Below, one piece after another: positions 1 through 16,695 of a DNA stretch of 64,000 bases (within the stretch, counting starts at the first letter, position 1; each line of letters starts with the position of its first letter). Under the pieces are notes generated by a model. It did no database searches. It had not been told where the DNA came from and was given only the letters and a program-made list of their open reading frames with translations. Made by a program: the position numbers and the translations under genes. The stretch is from Marsupella aquatica. Its lineage: Eukaryota > Plantae > Marchantiophyta. The stretch covers positions 4,982,510 to 5,046,509 of the forward strand of contig OZ316892.1 of assembly GCA_973895155.1 (NCBI GenBank). The letters are read 5' to 3'.

Positions 1-1889
1 CTAAGTGGCACATAACAACAGAGGTGGACACAAGCCCCTCAGCACATCCAACACGTAACACAGGAGAGAATCGAGTTGTTAAACCAAATCCCTGATTCTA
101 TGTAAGTTTCGTTTTGTGAAAGGCCGCATTCTTGAGGGCCGATGTACATGCAAAACAGCCCTAAATCTTTTTTGGGGAGGTGAAATTTGGCCACTAAAAA
201 AAAACCTGCCCTGCCCAACATGTTCCCTTTTGTGCTTTGGTACAGGGCTACAGCCAGGGCCCCCAAATATATATATGTAACTGCACATGAACAGAAAGGC
301 CTAACCGGGAGACATGATCCCAAAGTCAAAAACACAATAAAGGGGGAAAACAAACTAAGAAAAAAAGTGGGAAATTTGAAGTACATTTGATTTTTAAAAA
401 CTCTATGATTTTTATAATTCTCAAAAATATTTTAAAATAATAATAATTTTAAAAATAATAATTTATGTATATCTTAGAGTATTTATTCCCCAAAACTTTG
501 TGCATTATACGAGAGCGCCCTTGAGTTGCCTTGGGCAATATTCTGTTATACTTTGATATTCTATACTACTTCAAGGATCCAAATTCAAATTATAGAAATT
601 ATATCCTATATTTGGTGCCAGTGAACCGCCATCTAAAGTTGATATTGTTGAGTTCACCCAACCCGTCTAATTTTCTCTTGTCATTTCTTGTGCTTTTATG
701 GATGCACAGTTCAGATTTGTATGGGGATATAGGACACTTCTCCCCTCATTTTCCTAAAAATAGCATCGTACCATTTAACTGTAGCCACTCTAAACTTGAG
801 CTGCAGCCCTGGTTTTGGGGGGCTCTATGGCCCATAATGTGGTCTTACTAGGGCATTGAGACATATAAAATGGGGACAACCTGATAATTTAACGAGTTTT
901 GGGAGTAGGTTAATCATTTTGACCAGTTTGAGGGCAGGATACACTTGTTTTTTGGGTATTTTTGGGAACTCCCTAAAGTTACCCTTTTGTGGGCAGCTAG
1001 GCATCTTAAAACTCCCTCAAGGTGTGTCTCCGACTTGAACCAGCTGAAGAGGCACTATTGTAAAGAATAATGATAAAGTTTTGCTCCGACTTCAAATGAG
1101 CTTGAGAGGCACTGTAGTGACAATAATAATAACTAAGTGTTGCTCCACAACCTGCGGGCCAGGGGCAGTCTACCACCATGTCTAAGTGCAGGGTCCCAGG
1201 AAGACACCCCAAGCTGGCACTTATCATTGTTGTGCATAATGTCATAAGTACATTGATTGTTGCTTATGCACTTATCTGTATGTGCATGTTGCACTACCCA
1301 GTAAGTGCATGTGAAATGGCTTATCCACTTCCTCATCCATGTTCTCATGTTATTACCCAAACTACCCCATACCCCCAGGTTTGATCTGACGGGCACCTTG
1401 ACGCCTTGTCGGGCAAGTCAAATTGTCAAGTGACGGTCCAAAAATGACCAATTTGACGGATATTCGAAAAGATTCTCCCGAACTCACCTGAACCTGAACT
1501 TATTTATTTGTCTTTTTTAGTGCTGTTGACCCGCTATTATTGTTGCATTTACATAGAAAAGCCCGGTAATATTAGGGGGCTACTCAACCGGCCTGAAGTT
1601 ATAGCACTTATACACGACAGACTGTACAATGCAATTGTAGCCAGCAGCAGCAGCTCTTTAGATTCTCCTGAGGCAGATGAGGCTGATGATGAGCAGAGTC
1701 CTGGCAGCTAGACAGCCTACACTTTTCATTCGAGCCGGCAAAAAAGCAAATGCAATTCCCCTCAGGTGCATCTAGTCCTCCTTCTCACTCATCTCATGAG
1801 CCTCCCCTTCTGCCTCCCCCTCTGCCCCTCTGCCTCCCCCTCCCCCCTTTCCTCGTCAGCAGAGCAGCGTGTGAAGGAGATCGTCAAGT

Positions 1890-2071
1890 AGAATGCTTGG
1901 AACAGATTGTGGGTGTGTCGAGATATATACGAGAAGAGAATTGTTTGTAAAGCCCATCTTGCTGGTGCTTAGTTCCCGAGAAGAATGCTTGGAAGAGATT
2001 GTGGGTGTGTCGAGGTATATGCAAGAAGATAATTGTTTGTAGAGCTCATCTTGTGGGTGCTTGGTTCCCGA
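1890..2071. repeat. Two diverged tandem copies of a ~92-bp unit
   Basis: gaatgcttggaa(c/g)agattgtgggtgtgtcgag...gttcccga occurs at ~1891 and ~1983. Confidence 0.85.
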
Positions 2072-2279
2072 TAGTGGGAACAACAGTCTAGCAGAGGTAA
2101 GAAGCTCTTAGTGTGTCGGTTTTTTTGTTTGTTTTTCTCCCGATCTGTCTCTCTATGAGGTGCCAAGCTTTCCTCTGCATCTGACGTTCACTCTAGAGTG
2201 ATGGTTCTGGCCCTCTCGTTCTCTGCTTTCAATTGGAGCTGTGAGTTGTACTGGACAGGCGACCGGAGTTTTCTTCACT

Positions 2280-2900
2280 CTTTCGGTTTAGTTGTGTCAA
2301 TCTGTCCTTGTGATCTGCCAGCCCCAGCTCTGGTCGTTGGGAAGCTACTGTAGTCAGTCCGTTTCTCAGCCTTCTAGTACAGAGATGAGATCATCGATAG
2401 ACCTTCTGCAGAGCTCCTTTTCGGTCAATTGGCTTCCATCTACGCTCTATGTAGCTTTGTTTCTCGTTGTCGTTGGCAAACTTTGACTGCAGCCTGACAG
2501 AGGAAACCACAGCGAAGTGTCTCAATCTTAAGGAAAGGGATATGCCCATCTATTAGCCTGTCTTCCTGGGATCGGAGGGCATCCCTGGGCAAACCACACA
2601 TCGAGATGTAATCGATTTCGGAGAGCCTGGTCTGGCCAGCTAGTTGGACTCCCGCTGATTTACCAGTCGCCAATCTGCCATCCCTGGCTATTGTAGTGTT
2701 CTGGGTTACTGTTGTGTGGTTGAGCCGCACCTGGACAGCCTGATTGAGTTACTACGTTTTCGCTGACAGGAGATGGTGGAATTGGGTGCACGTAGTATGC
2801 CTTGACTTGATCCACCTCGGGACCCACATGAGAGAAGTACTATGGACACGTCAGATGGCAAAGCAATTCCTGAATTATCCATCTCGTCCTTTCACTGAAT
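2280..2900 (-). mobile_element. Highly degenerate Ty3/gypsy-like integrase remnant
   Basis: The minus strand gives frameshifted fragments in integrase order: VKAY..SCQRK (zinc-finger end), then ..CGLPR, then EDRL.., then QGQIDTTN (resembles DGQTERTN). No intact ORF. Confidence 0.5.
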
Positions 2901-3509
2901 GTTTTGAGTTTCCGGTTGTGCAGTGCGGCGGACGTCTTGTAGTGGAGGAATCTGGTCTGAAGGGTGGAAGTCATCATGACATCTGTGACACTGTACAGTT
3001 ACCCTCTCGCCTTCAATCCAGCCAAGGCGAAACTTGCTCTAGAAGAGCATGGCATCAAGGTCAGTAGCTATTCCACGCAAGATGTGGCAATGATTGATTC
3101 TCACCTGAGCCCAGTGTCATAGTGCTTTCGGAAGGAAAGTGAAGAGCACGCGCCAATACAGCCCTCGCGTCTCCACCAGGCCACTATGATACGGGCACTC
3201 TAATACGATCAACTTAGCTTTGATCAAGTTTCATTCTCCTACGAACTACTTAAGGGTCATGAACGATGCGTGCCCGATGGTGATTCGAATTGCACATGAG
3301 AAACATCGTATAAAATGTAAAGAGCTGATGACATATCAATTTGTAGAAAACTAAGTTATCCGGAGTAGATGTTTGTGTTGTGACGAGACCTGTCATTCGA
3401 GAGCTTTAGCATATTGGGTCATGTAGTTATTTCCATGGGTTTTAGAGCTGGAACGGGGCAGCTCGATAAGCAACAGCTGAAATGGTCAAAGATAGAAGAT
3501 GGTGCAGGA

Positions 3510-3686
3510 TTTCTAATTGGAACGCTCTGATTTATTTGGTTTCTGAAGTTAACCTGTTCGACTGCATCGATGGGCGTCGATGGCTCAAAAGATAATCCTA
3601 TATGATCGCAGCACGATTCACTGGCTTTTCTAATTGGAACGCTCTGATTTATTTGGTTTCTGAAGTTAACCTGTTCGACTGCATCT
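3510..3686. repeat. Near-perfect ~58-bp direct repeat, copies ~120 bp apart, upstream of the first clear GST exon
   Basis: ttctaattggaacgctctgatttatttggtttctgaagttaacctgttcgactgcatc at ~3511 and ~3628. Confidence 0.9.
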
Positions 3687-3782
3687 ATGGGCCCATATGA
3701 TCCATATATATGATCTATGGGCCCATATAACCTATATGATCGCACCACGATTTACTGGCTTCAATTTGTTTTTACTTTGCAG

Positions 3783-4669
3783 TATACTGAGAAAAGAGTT
3801 GACATTTTCGCCGGAGGATCCCTGGATCCCTCGTTCCTTAAAATCAGTCCCAATGGCTCAGTCCCAGCTCTCGTAGCTGGTGACTTGACTCTCGCAGAAT
3901 CTGCACAAATTGTGAAGTGAGTGGTGTACTGCCTATCCACCTTGTTATGTAAATGTCCAAGCTAAGGGATTGATTGTCGTTGGCTGAGCACGGAATTGGT
4001 CGTTTTTTTACATATTTTGTAATGTCGGAGAGGTTCCCAACTAGCCTCCTGATAGTAACTTGGTATGTGCTGCGCAGTTGGACTGATGAGCAAGGATCAG
4101 GTCCCTTAGGTGGGGACAAGGTTGATAGGGAATTCATTACTGAGTGGATTTCTAAGGTAGATGCCTGGGATGGCAATCTATTTGTTGCGGCCTTTGGGTC
4201 TATGGGTGCTATCTTGTCGGCCTCTACGGAACACAAGATCAAGGTTGCAGAAGCCAACGCCAAAAAGTATCCGGACCTTGCAGAGGTGTACAACAAGAAG
4301 ATCGCTGGCATGAAAGCAGCTTCAGCAGAAGGTGCTGACAAGGAAAAAGGTGAGGCCAACAAGGCACAGCTTATCGCACTGCTTGATGAAGCTGAAACTC
4401 GGCTGAGCACAAGTAAATATCTGGCTGGTGATGAGTACTCCAGTGCTGATGTCATTTTCACACCTTGTCTGTATCGGATACCTCTGGTGAAGTTGGAGAC
4501 GGAGCTATTAGAGCCGAGGGAACATTTGAAGAAATATTGGTTGGCGCTGAAGAAGAGGCCCAGTTACAAGAAGACCTTCGGTATTTCAGACAGTGGTCTG
4601 TCCACTGCTACCGCAATACTACCTGCCTTGGGCAAAATTTACATCTCCAAACTCTTTGGCAAGAAATGA
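3783..4669 (+). CDS. Glutathione S-transferase, TCHQD-like class (exons 3783-3916 and 4078-4669; 5' exon not resolved)
   Basis: Spliced product YTEKRVDIFAGGSLDPSFLKISPNGSVPAL...EWISKVDAWD...PDLAEVY...LLDEAETRL...YLAGDEYSSADV...YW..LKKRPSYKK matches plant TCHQD GST motifs; canonical GT-AG intron. Confidence 0.85.
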
Positions 4670-5395
4670 GTCAATTCCAGGGAAAGGCGTGGGCAGGTTA
4701 TTCACAGAGGACTGGAGGACTTTCCAACTGTTCACTCGGGATGAAGATAACTGTAGTGTATGGCTTGTGTAGGGACTTGGTTTGCGGTTATTGGGGGAGA
4801 ATAGGTTGTGAAGTTCTGTATGTAGCAAAGATTGATCGGTGTGGTGAACCAGCCATTTGGGACATTGCATCAAAACTCGTTTGGTAAATAGTTTGAAATT
4901 TTGTGTATATATATTTTTGCAAAAAACGAGCCTTCATTGCCCTGTACCAGAAGGAATTCAGATTCAGCATGACGTAGTTGGCCTGTCTGGGCCTCTCCTT
5001 TAGACGGGGGCCAGACAGGTTAGGGGAGATAAGAAAGATATTGCCATGCGCCGAAATACGTTGTGCACCGATATGTTCAAACCACATTTTCATACGGGAG
5101 GCAATGAATTGTGTAACTAGTAGCGTGGAGATCACATGCTGATCCCGCTCTTGATAGTTTTGAGGTCTTCCTCCAATATTTGGGAGTCCACAGTCACACC
5201 TAGTAGGTTTTATGAGACAGCCCGATAGAACATTTGCAAGTGGATTTAACTTACTTGGAAAGTGCATTGCACAGTTGAAATGGAAGTTGACAACTTGACA
5301 CAGCAACATTAGAAGTGCAAAAGAGTTAAAACGAGTGTGTACTGGGATATTGATAAAGTAGTAAACCAAGTACTACCCTTCCGAGACATTTAATT

Positions 5396-5558
5396 GGCCT
5401 TGGGGAAAAGACGTGATCCTATAATGCTCTCATTAGATGTCTTCCACCTCGAGCTCCTAGTGATCTAGGTTTCAGGTGGCCTTGGGGAAAAGACGTGATC
5501 CTATAATGCTCTCATTAGATGTCTTCCGCCTCGAGCTCCTAGTGATCTAGGTTTCAGG
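5396..5558. repeat. Tandem duplication, 2 x ~82 bp, nearly identical
   Basis: tggccttggggaaaagacgtgatcc...gatctaggtttcagg repeated head to tail with one visible substitution. Confidence 0.95.
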
Positions 5559-5883
5559 TTCTGGCTGACACCGCCCTTGCTCACTGGGCTCGTTGTTCTT
5601 CTTATCACTAGTTTTTGTGTAGTGAGAATGGTGTCCTTTCCATAGCAGAAGAGTTTTGCTTCATGCTCAACGGCCAATGTCTGGGTTGATACGGTGCTCC
5701 GTCAGACCTTTGGCTTCAGAGAATCCGTTTGGCAGGATCAACGCTTTTTACCACATTATTCAATGATAACGAGACCGAGGCTAGATCACACAGTACATCC
5801 GTGTCCATCCAGCCTATGTGTTCATCAAGCGAGATCTCTCACCTGATAAATACATATATACACAGAAGTAAGAGCCCGAAAAT

Positions 5884-6456
5884 AATTATTTCTACGATAT
5901 TCACAGAGAAAGTACAGAAGATGCCCCTGAAAAATACAATTTAATAAGCCGCGAACACAAGAATATTCACGAGTATGCTAATTTATGCATGCAGTTTCTA
6001 TCTACAGGCCGTTGGTTCATCACAGTTGTCTATTCTCAATATTTCTTCTCTGGCTCCTAAAGAATAATCGACAGTTGTCGATTCTCACTATTTCGTCTCT
6101 AGATCCTAGACAATGATCGAGCGTAGTGGAAAGAATTGGACTTCGATTCTCAAATCCCATGTTCCCAAGCTATGAATTATTTCTACGATATTCACAGAGA
6201 AAGTACAGAAGGCCTTGAAAACTTAAAATTTCATGAGCCGAGAAGTGGAGGATATTTTCATGAGTATGCTAATTGATACATGCAGCTTCTGTCTAGAGGC
6301 CGCCGGTTAATCACAGGTCGATTTTCAATGTTTCTTCTACAGCTCCTAAAAAATGATCGACAGTTGTCGATTCTCACTATTTCGACTTAGATCCTAAAGA
6401 ATGATCGACCGTTATGTTAAGAAATGGGCTTAGATTCTCATTTCGATGTTCAAGAG
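5884..6456. repeat. Diverged ~290-bp tandem duplication in the alanyl-tRNA synthetase 3' region
   Basis: attatttctacgatattcacagagaaagtacagaag at ~5884 and ~6176; internal subrepeats acagttgtcgattctca. Confidence 0.85.
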
Positions 6457-11651
<5,195 letters not shown>

Positions 11652-12246
11652 CTCACGCCTGCAAAACCCGCAAATCAACCAGAAGAAAACACTATTTAAA
11701 ACACGAGCTACGAGACTCCTCATCTGGCACTCTATTAGCACGCGCCTTAAAACCCCATGCAATCCGTAACAGCGTTCCTTCGCAACGACTTCGTGCCCTA
11801 ATCAATATGAAAGGCCCACCAACTGGACCCTCCTCACTTATATTCCCCAGCCCTCAGATCACGTTACCTTACCATCCATGTGCCGGCTTAAACCCTAGAT
11901 TGTCTCTAATCCACCAAGAACAGAAACAAACACACCACAACCTCAAATGCCGATTACATCCCTCTCTATCTATAGAGCAAAACTCTTTCCATGGCCGAGC
12001 ATCTATTCAATCCCTCCCATCTGTAGTGAAAACTAATGCTTTTGACACACACCTACGCAATCACTCCATCTGGACCAGAAAAAAGTGGCAGCTCAAACCT
12101 TGGCTTACACGCTGCTCTGTGGGGCGGATCTAAGCCGCACACGATCATGCACAACAAACTCCAGCGAGCAGAGCGAGAGCCAAGGGAGAAAGCGAGACAG
12201 CAAGCAAAGGCTGAGACAATTACCAAAGGAATCAGGAAGTAACAAT

Positions 12247-12249
<3 letters not shown>

Positions 12250-12277
<28 letters not shown>
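12250..12277. repeat. (AG)n microsatellite in the probable 5' leader of the alanyl-tRNA synthetase gene
   Basis: About 14 consecutive AG units. Confidence 0.95.
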
Positions 12278-12280
<3 letters not shown>

Positions 12281-15200
12281 CAGTGGCTCCTGACACCCAC
12301 AACAACAAAACAGGAATACTAAAATTCTCAGAGAAACCCAACAGCAGCAGCAACAACAGCAACAACGAAACGAACGGAATGGAATGAGGAGGCGGAGAGA
12401 ATCCACAGACCTAACAGTGGCGGACGACGAACAGCAACAGGGCCTGGGCCGGAGCTGCGGGAGGGTGGGTGCTGAAGACAGCATCTCTCTCTCGACTCAT
12501 CAACAAATTCCCACCAAAACCGTCGCCCTTCCTTCCAATTCCGACGCACCACCTCGGAATTATGCATTTGCAGGCCAAGCCCCTCGACGTCCCGGTACGA
12601 GCTCCACAGCCGTCGATCCCCCAATCCGACGGCCCAGGCGCGCTCCTCGAACATATGGCTCCCGTTCTTTCTCAAAACCCCAGCGGTGGGAAATAAAGCC
12701 GTCATCCGGTTTGGGTCTGACTCGGGTTCGCTTTTCACGCGCATCGGTGGCTTGGCTCTTAACTCGGGTTACATTTATTCAGGTTACTGAACGTACACGT
12801 GCGTCTGTCATGGGTTCCCGGCCTACCTGGGGTTACGGTCACCTGGTCATGGTACCGTACGTCACACGCATATACGCCTCGTAATATTAATATATTAATT
12901 AATGTACCGTATTACTGAAGACATGCGGTCAACCTTGGGTCAGGATCGTGGACGTGAGTTCGCCAAGGGGATTTAAAGTTACATCTGGGCCGCTCGTTTT
13001 AGGATGATTTCTTAAGCAAGTGGAGCGTTTCTTGCATACTACGGTACAGGAGCACAAAAATTCTTTTCCAGGGTATAAGTACTGCCAGATTTTTTCTTAT
13101 TTTTGTTTGTGATGATTTGTTGCATTAAGAAGTGTGTGGAAAATTTTGACCTGGGAAAGAAAGCCCCGTGGGACTGTGATGTTTGGCAAACAACTTGGAT
13201 AGACCATTGAAACCCAGTGCACCATTTTTAAAAGATAATTCAAACTCAAACATTTCTTACTAATTTGTGTAAAATGGTCACTCTGTTGGGCCTGAGGTCC
13301 ATCTGAGCTGTGAGATCCATCCAAGTTGCATGGTTTACACGTTGAGCTCCATCAGAGCATTCTAATTTTTAATTGAAACTAGAAGCCCGTGGCATTTGTT
13401 TGCTTTTTCTCTTTTTAAGAAGAAGCTTGTGCCTGGATTTAGACAGTGTATGCTTGGGTGATTTGGGGTGCAATATTAGGTGTCCTGCTAAAGTATTTTT
13501 CCTTTAGAAGAGCACCCAAGAGGCTCGTTTGCAGGTAGCTCTACATTGCTTTGAAGTGAAATCTGACCACAGAAATGTCACCAATAGAAAAGAGCAATTG
13601 CTTTATCTAGATTCTAGTCTTTATTTAGACTATACCTTCCATGTAAAAGTAACTTTGCACCTCACAAAGGTGGCTGTCATTAGGCAGGTGTTACATATAC
13701 TTCAAGTAAATATTGGGCAAGTGTCTAGCAAGCCGCATGCAGGTGTCTGTCTCTACTAATTTTAGTTATGTGTGCATCAATCTAAACTCTGCTCATACTA
13801 TGATCATAAGCATTACTTGCTTCAATTATTGGAATATCCTAAGCCTAAACTTTTGCATTTAGAAAACATAAAGATAAACATCAGGTGGCGGTGGAAGTGT
13901 CTGGCAAGTACTGGGTAGGTGTCAAGTGGCATACAACTCATACCTCCACGAGTGTAAAACTCTGCCCATATCTCGAATTTCAGTTGCAGTGTGACAATGA
14001 GGTGTAGCTTGGTGTTGTATTGGGACAACTAGGTAAAACAAATTCTAAGCGGGGTGTGGTTTCCTTTAGTTGGGATGCAGTTTATTAAAAGGTTTTATTC
14101 ACTTGCGCACTAGCACCTTAAACCCACAACCCACAGTCCAGTAATGAAATGCACTATCAGTGTTCTATGTGCAGCTCTTTGTCCATTGATAAACAAATAA
14201 AATTGTATACCTGTAAACCAATGTCCTGCTAGCAGCCTCTCTCCTCACACACACCTTGCATGAACCTACTCTAACAACAATGTCCTCCCTACATGCCTCA
14301 TATCACACCTATATACATTGGCATGGGTGCCTCTTGCATGCCCTGACATGCCCACCAAGTCTTTGGGTTCATCATGCATTTTGTGGGTCCCCCTTTGGAT
14401 TTAGTATGGCCAAGTGCTGACTATATGGTGCATTGAAGGTGTGGAAAAACCCTTCAATTCCCTGAAATGGTCCAAACAGGGTACAACTAAAACCTTTTGT
14501 GAAGGGAATCATGGATTTGTCGGACTACAACTTTTTGTTACCTCCAATTTTGAATTTTTATGTCATTGTTGCCATCCTAATTGTTATGATCACACAAAGT
14601 AATCATCCATTATTCCTTCATCATAGTGGGTCAGGTGCTTTGATCATGAAGAAATATTAGTTCCATCTTTATGGTGCAAACATGCCTACCCCATTGCTCC
14701 TTCATTCTGGCACATACATGAGTGCCCCACAATATGAAGGGTTTTGGATGAAATTACTGATGGGAACAGATTATTAGGCATACAAATACCTTGCTCCTTG
14801 CTTGGGTGTCAGGTTTGGGATGAGAAATTGCTTGTTTAGGGTCATTCAATTCCAATGCTATGAAAAAGGGCTTTATGTTTGAGGTACCTCACCTTGAAGT
14901 ACCTCAAATTCACAAATCCAGATGTTGGCTGATCTTCACTTGTTTTATTCTCACTCATGGACCTCCATGTCGTGTAGTGGCAGCCACCTCCTGGGTTAAG
15001 CCATCTCTTGGGTGGTGTGTGACTGGGCTTAAGAAGTTCATAGTAGAGGACAAATACCTTCTCCTGCTTTAAGCAGTTCTTGGGGGGTGTGTGAAGTGGA
15101 ATTAAGAAGTTCAAGCAGCCAAGTTGAACGCCATGGGAGGCGACAGTGAATCAGGATCCCCTTACAATAAGGAAACTGTTGTTATTATCTCTGTCACCAA

Positions 15201-15299
15201 TTATCGTTAGTTATTTGGAGTGATTTGTGACTTTGGATTTGAGAATATCTGAACTGACTGGAATTGAAGGAAGGTTATGGCGGTTCTATCCTTCGGTAA

Positions 15300-16300
15300 A
15301 TCATCCACTTCAAGAGATGATTATTTCATCACCATCGGAGTGATGTTGTGTACCCTGAATGCATATGCTCCAGCCCTTGTATTCAGCTATACCTGTTAAC
15401 ACACTGGTCTCCAAGTCGAATTGCTCCGTGTTCAGACGAGGTGCTCCCACAAACCCAAGGACTGGGAAGATGTCAAGTCATTCCGAACTGCTCCTGTGAT
15501 ATACTTCTCTCATTTACAAAGTTACATCAAGCCGGACCCAGCTCATTCCCGTAGGAGACAGGTGATAAACTGAAGGGAAGCTCCAGTTTACTGGCTTCAG
15601 CCAGATATTTTAGTCCAGTGGTTCATAGCTATAAGGGGAGGTTACCATTCCCCAATAGTTGACATTCCAAGTGAGCCAGGGAGTGGACGACTTCAATGCA
15701 TGGCTTCACGTGAATCCTTTCCAGAACTGGGCTGCAACTACTTCACTACGAAGCAAAAGAAGGTGATTGCAACCCCCTAAAGTCTACCTCTCAGGTTCTG
15801 GAGACTCCGGAGGGAAAAAAACAGGACCAATTGGTCAGGTCAACTGCACTGGACTGCTTTTGACGCTATAAATGAGTGTGTACTTCGAGTTTCTTGTTGG
15901 GACGGAGTGCCGTAAAACTACTTTATCACTAAGGGTGAAGGGGACGCCCAGAAATCTACAACACAGGCTTACTCCAGAACTCAGCTTGCCAAGGGTATTC
16001 CGGGTGCGTGCCGTTTGATTCAACCGTCAGCTAGATGGAACAAGGATTATTACAGAACCTTGCAGAATTCTAGACAAGGACATAACCTGGGTCTACCCAT
16101 TACTGAAGCATCTCTTCTGTGTTAGTTTGTTGGAGTGGGTACATTTCTTAGTAGGGGCTTTTATTCTTCCATGCTTACCCCAGTCGGATCTTTGAACACT
16201 CCCATGGCAGGATCGAGCTCACATGTTTGCCAGGATCATGGTGTTCACAACGGGTACAATTTGATTAGTGCGCCACCTTATCGACACCAGTAGTGCAATT
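15300..16300 (+). mobile_element. Possible decayed LINE (RT C-terminal / zinc-knuckle region)
   Basis: Broken fragments resembling 'DKLKG..W..RYFS' and 'RILDK...LKHLFC'; many stops and frameshifts. Confidence 0.3.
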
Positions 16301-16695
16301 CTACGGACTAACCAGGTTTCTGGACAACTGCAGGCGAGAGCCTCAGCGATAGACTTCTATAATCGCTTACGACTGGGATGTCCAGTACTCTGACCTCCCG
16401 ACCAGTTTATGTTCTTCTTCTCCCTCCGTCATTGGAAGCCCTGAGGATCTTCGAAGACAGCTGCTCTTCAAGGTAGCACGGCCAAAGGAGTTCATGGGCA
16501 CATGAATGGTCTGATGGTTTCGTAGGGTATCGGTGCCACGATTGCATTTGAGCAGCCATCTTACCTTAACTTGCTGTCGATGGTGGATGCCGAAGGTGCC
16601 TGCTGGCGAAAGTGAGCGAGCATACAAGAGCAAGTCGCAAAATTTTGAGGGTGGTTCTTTGTTGCAACGCAAGTTTGATGGTTAACAGGGAAAGG

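Noticed and set aside
192-1522. CACTAAAAAA (192) and TTTTTTAGTG (1522) as CACTA TIRs
   Set aside because: The match is only ~10 bp of low complexity and the flanking triplets differ (GGC vs CTG), so there is no TSD
3844-4461. 205-aa antisense ORF over the GST
   Set aside because: Shadow ORF of the sense-strand coding exon, like similar antisense ORFs over CPL3, PS1 and MTP
12085-12884. ORFs overlapping the AG microsatellite and GC-rich leader
   Set aside because: Likely by-products of GC-rich and simple-repeat sequence; no protein motifs
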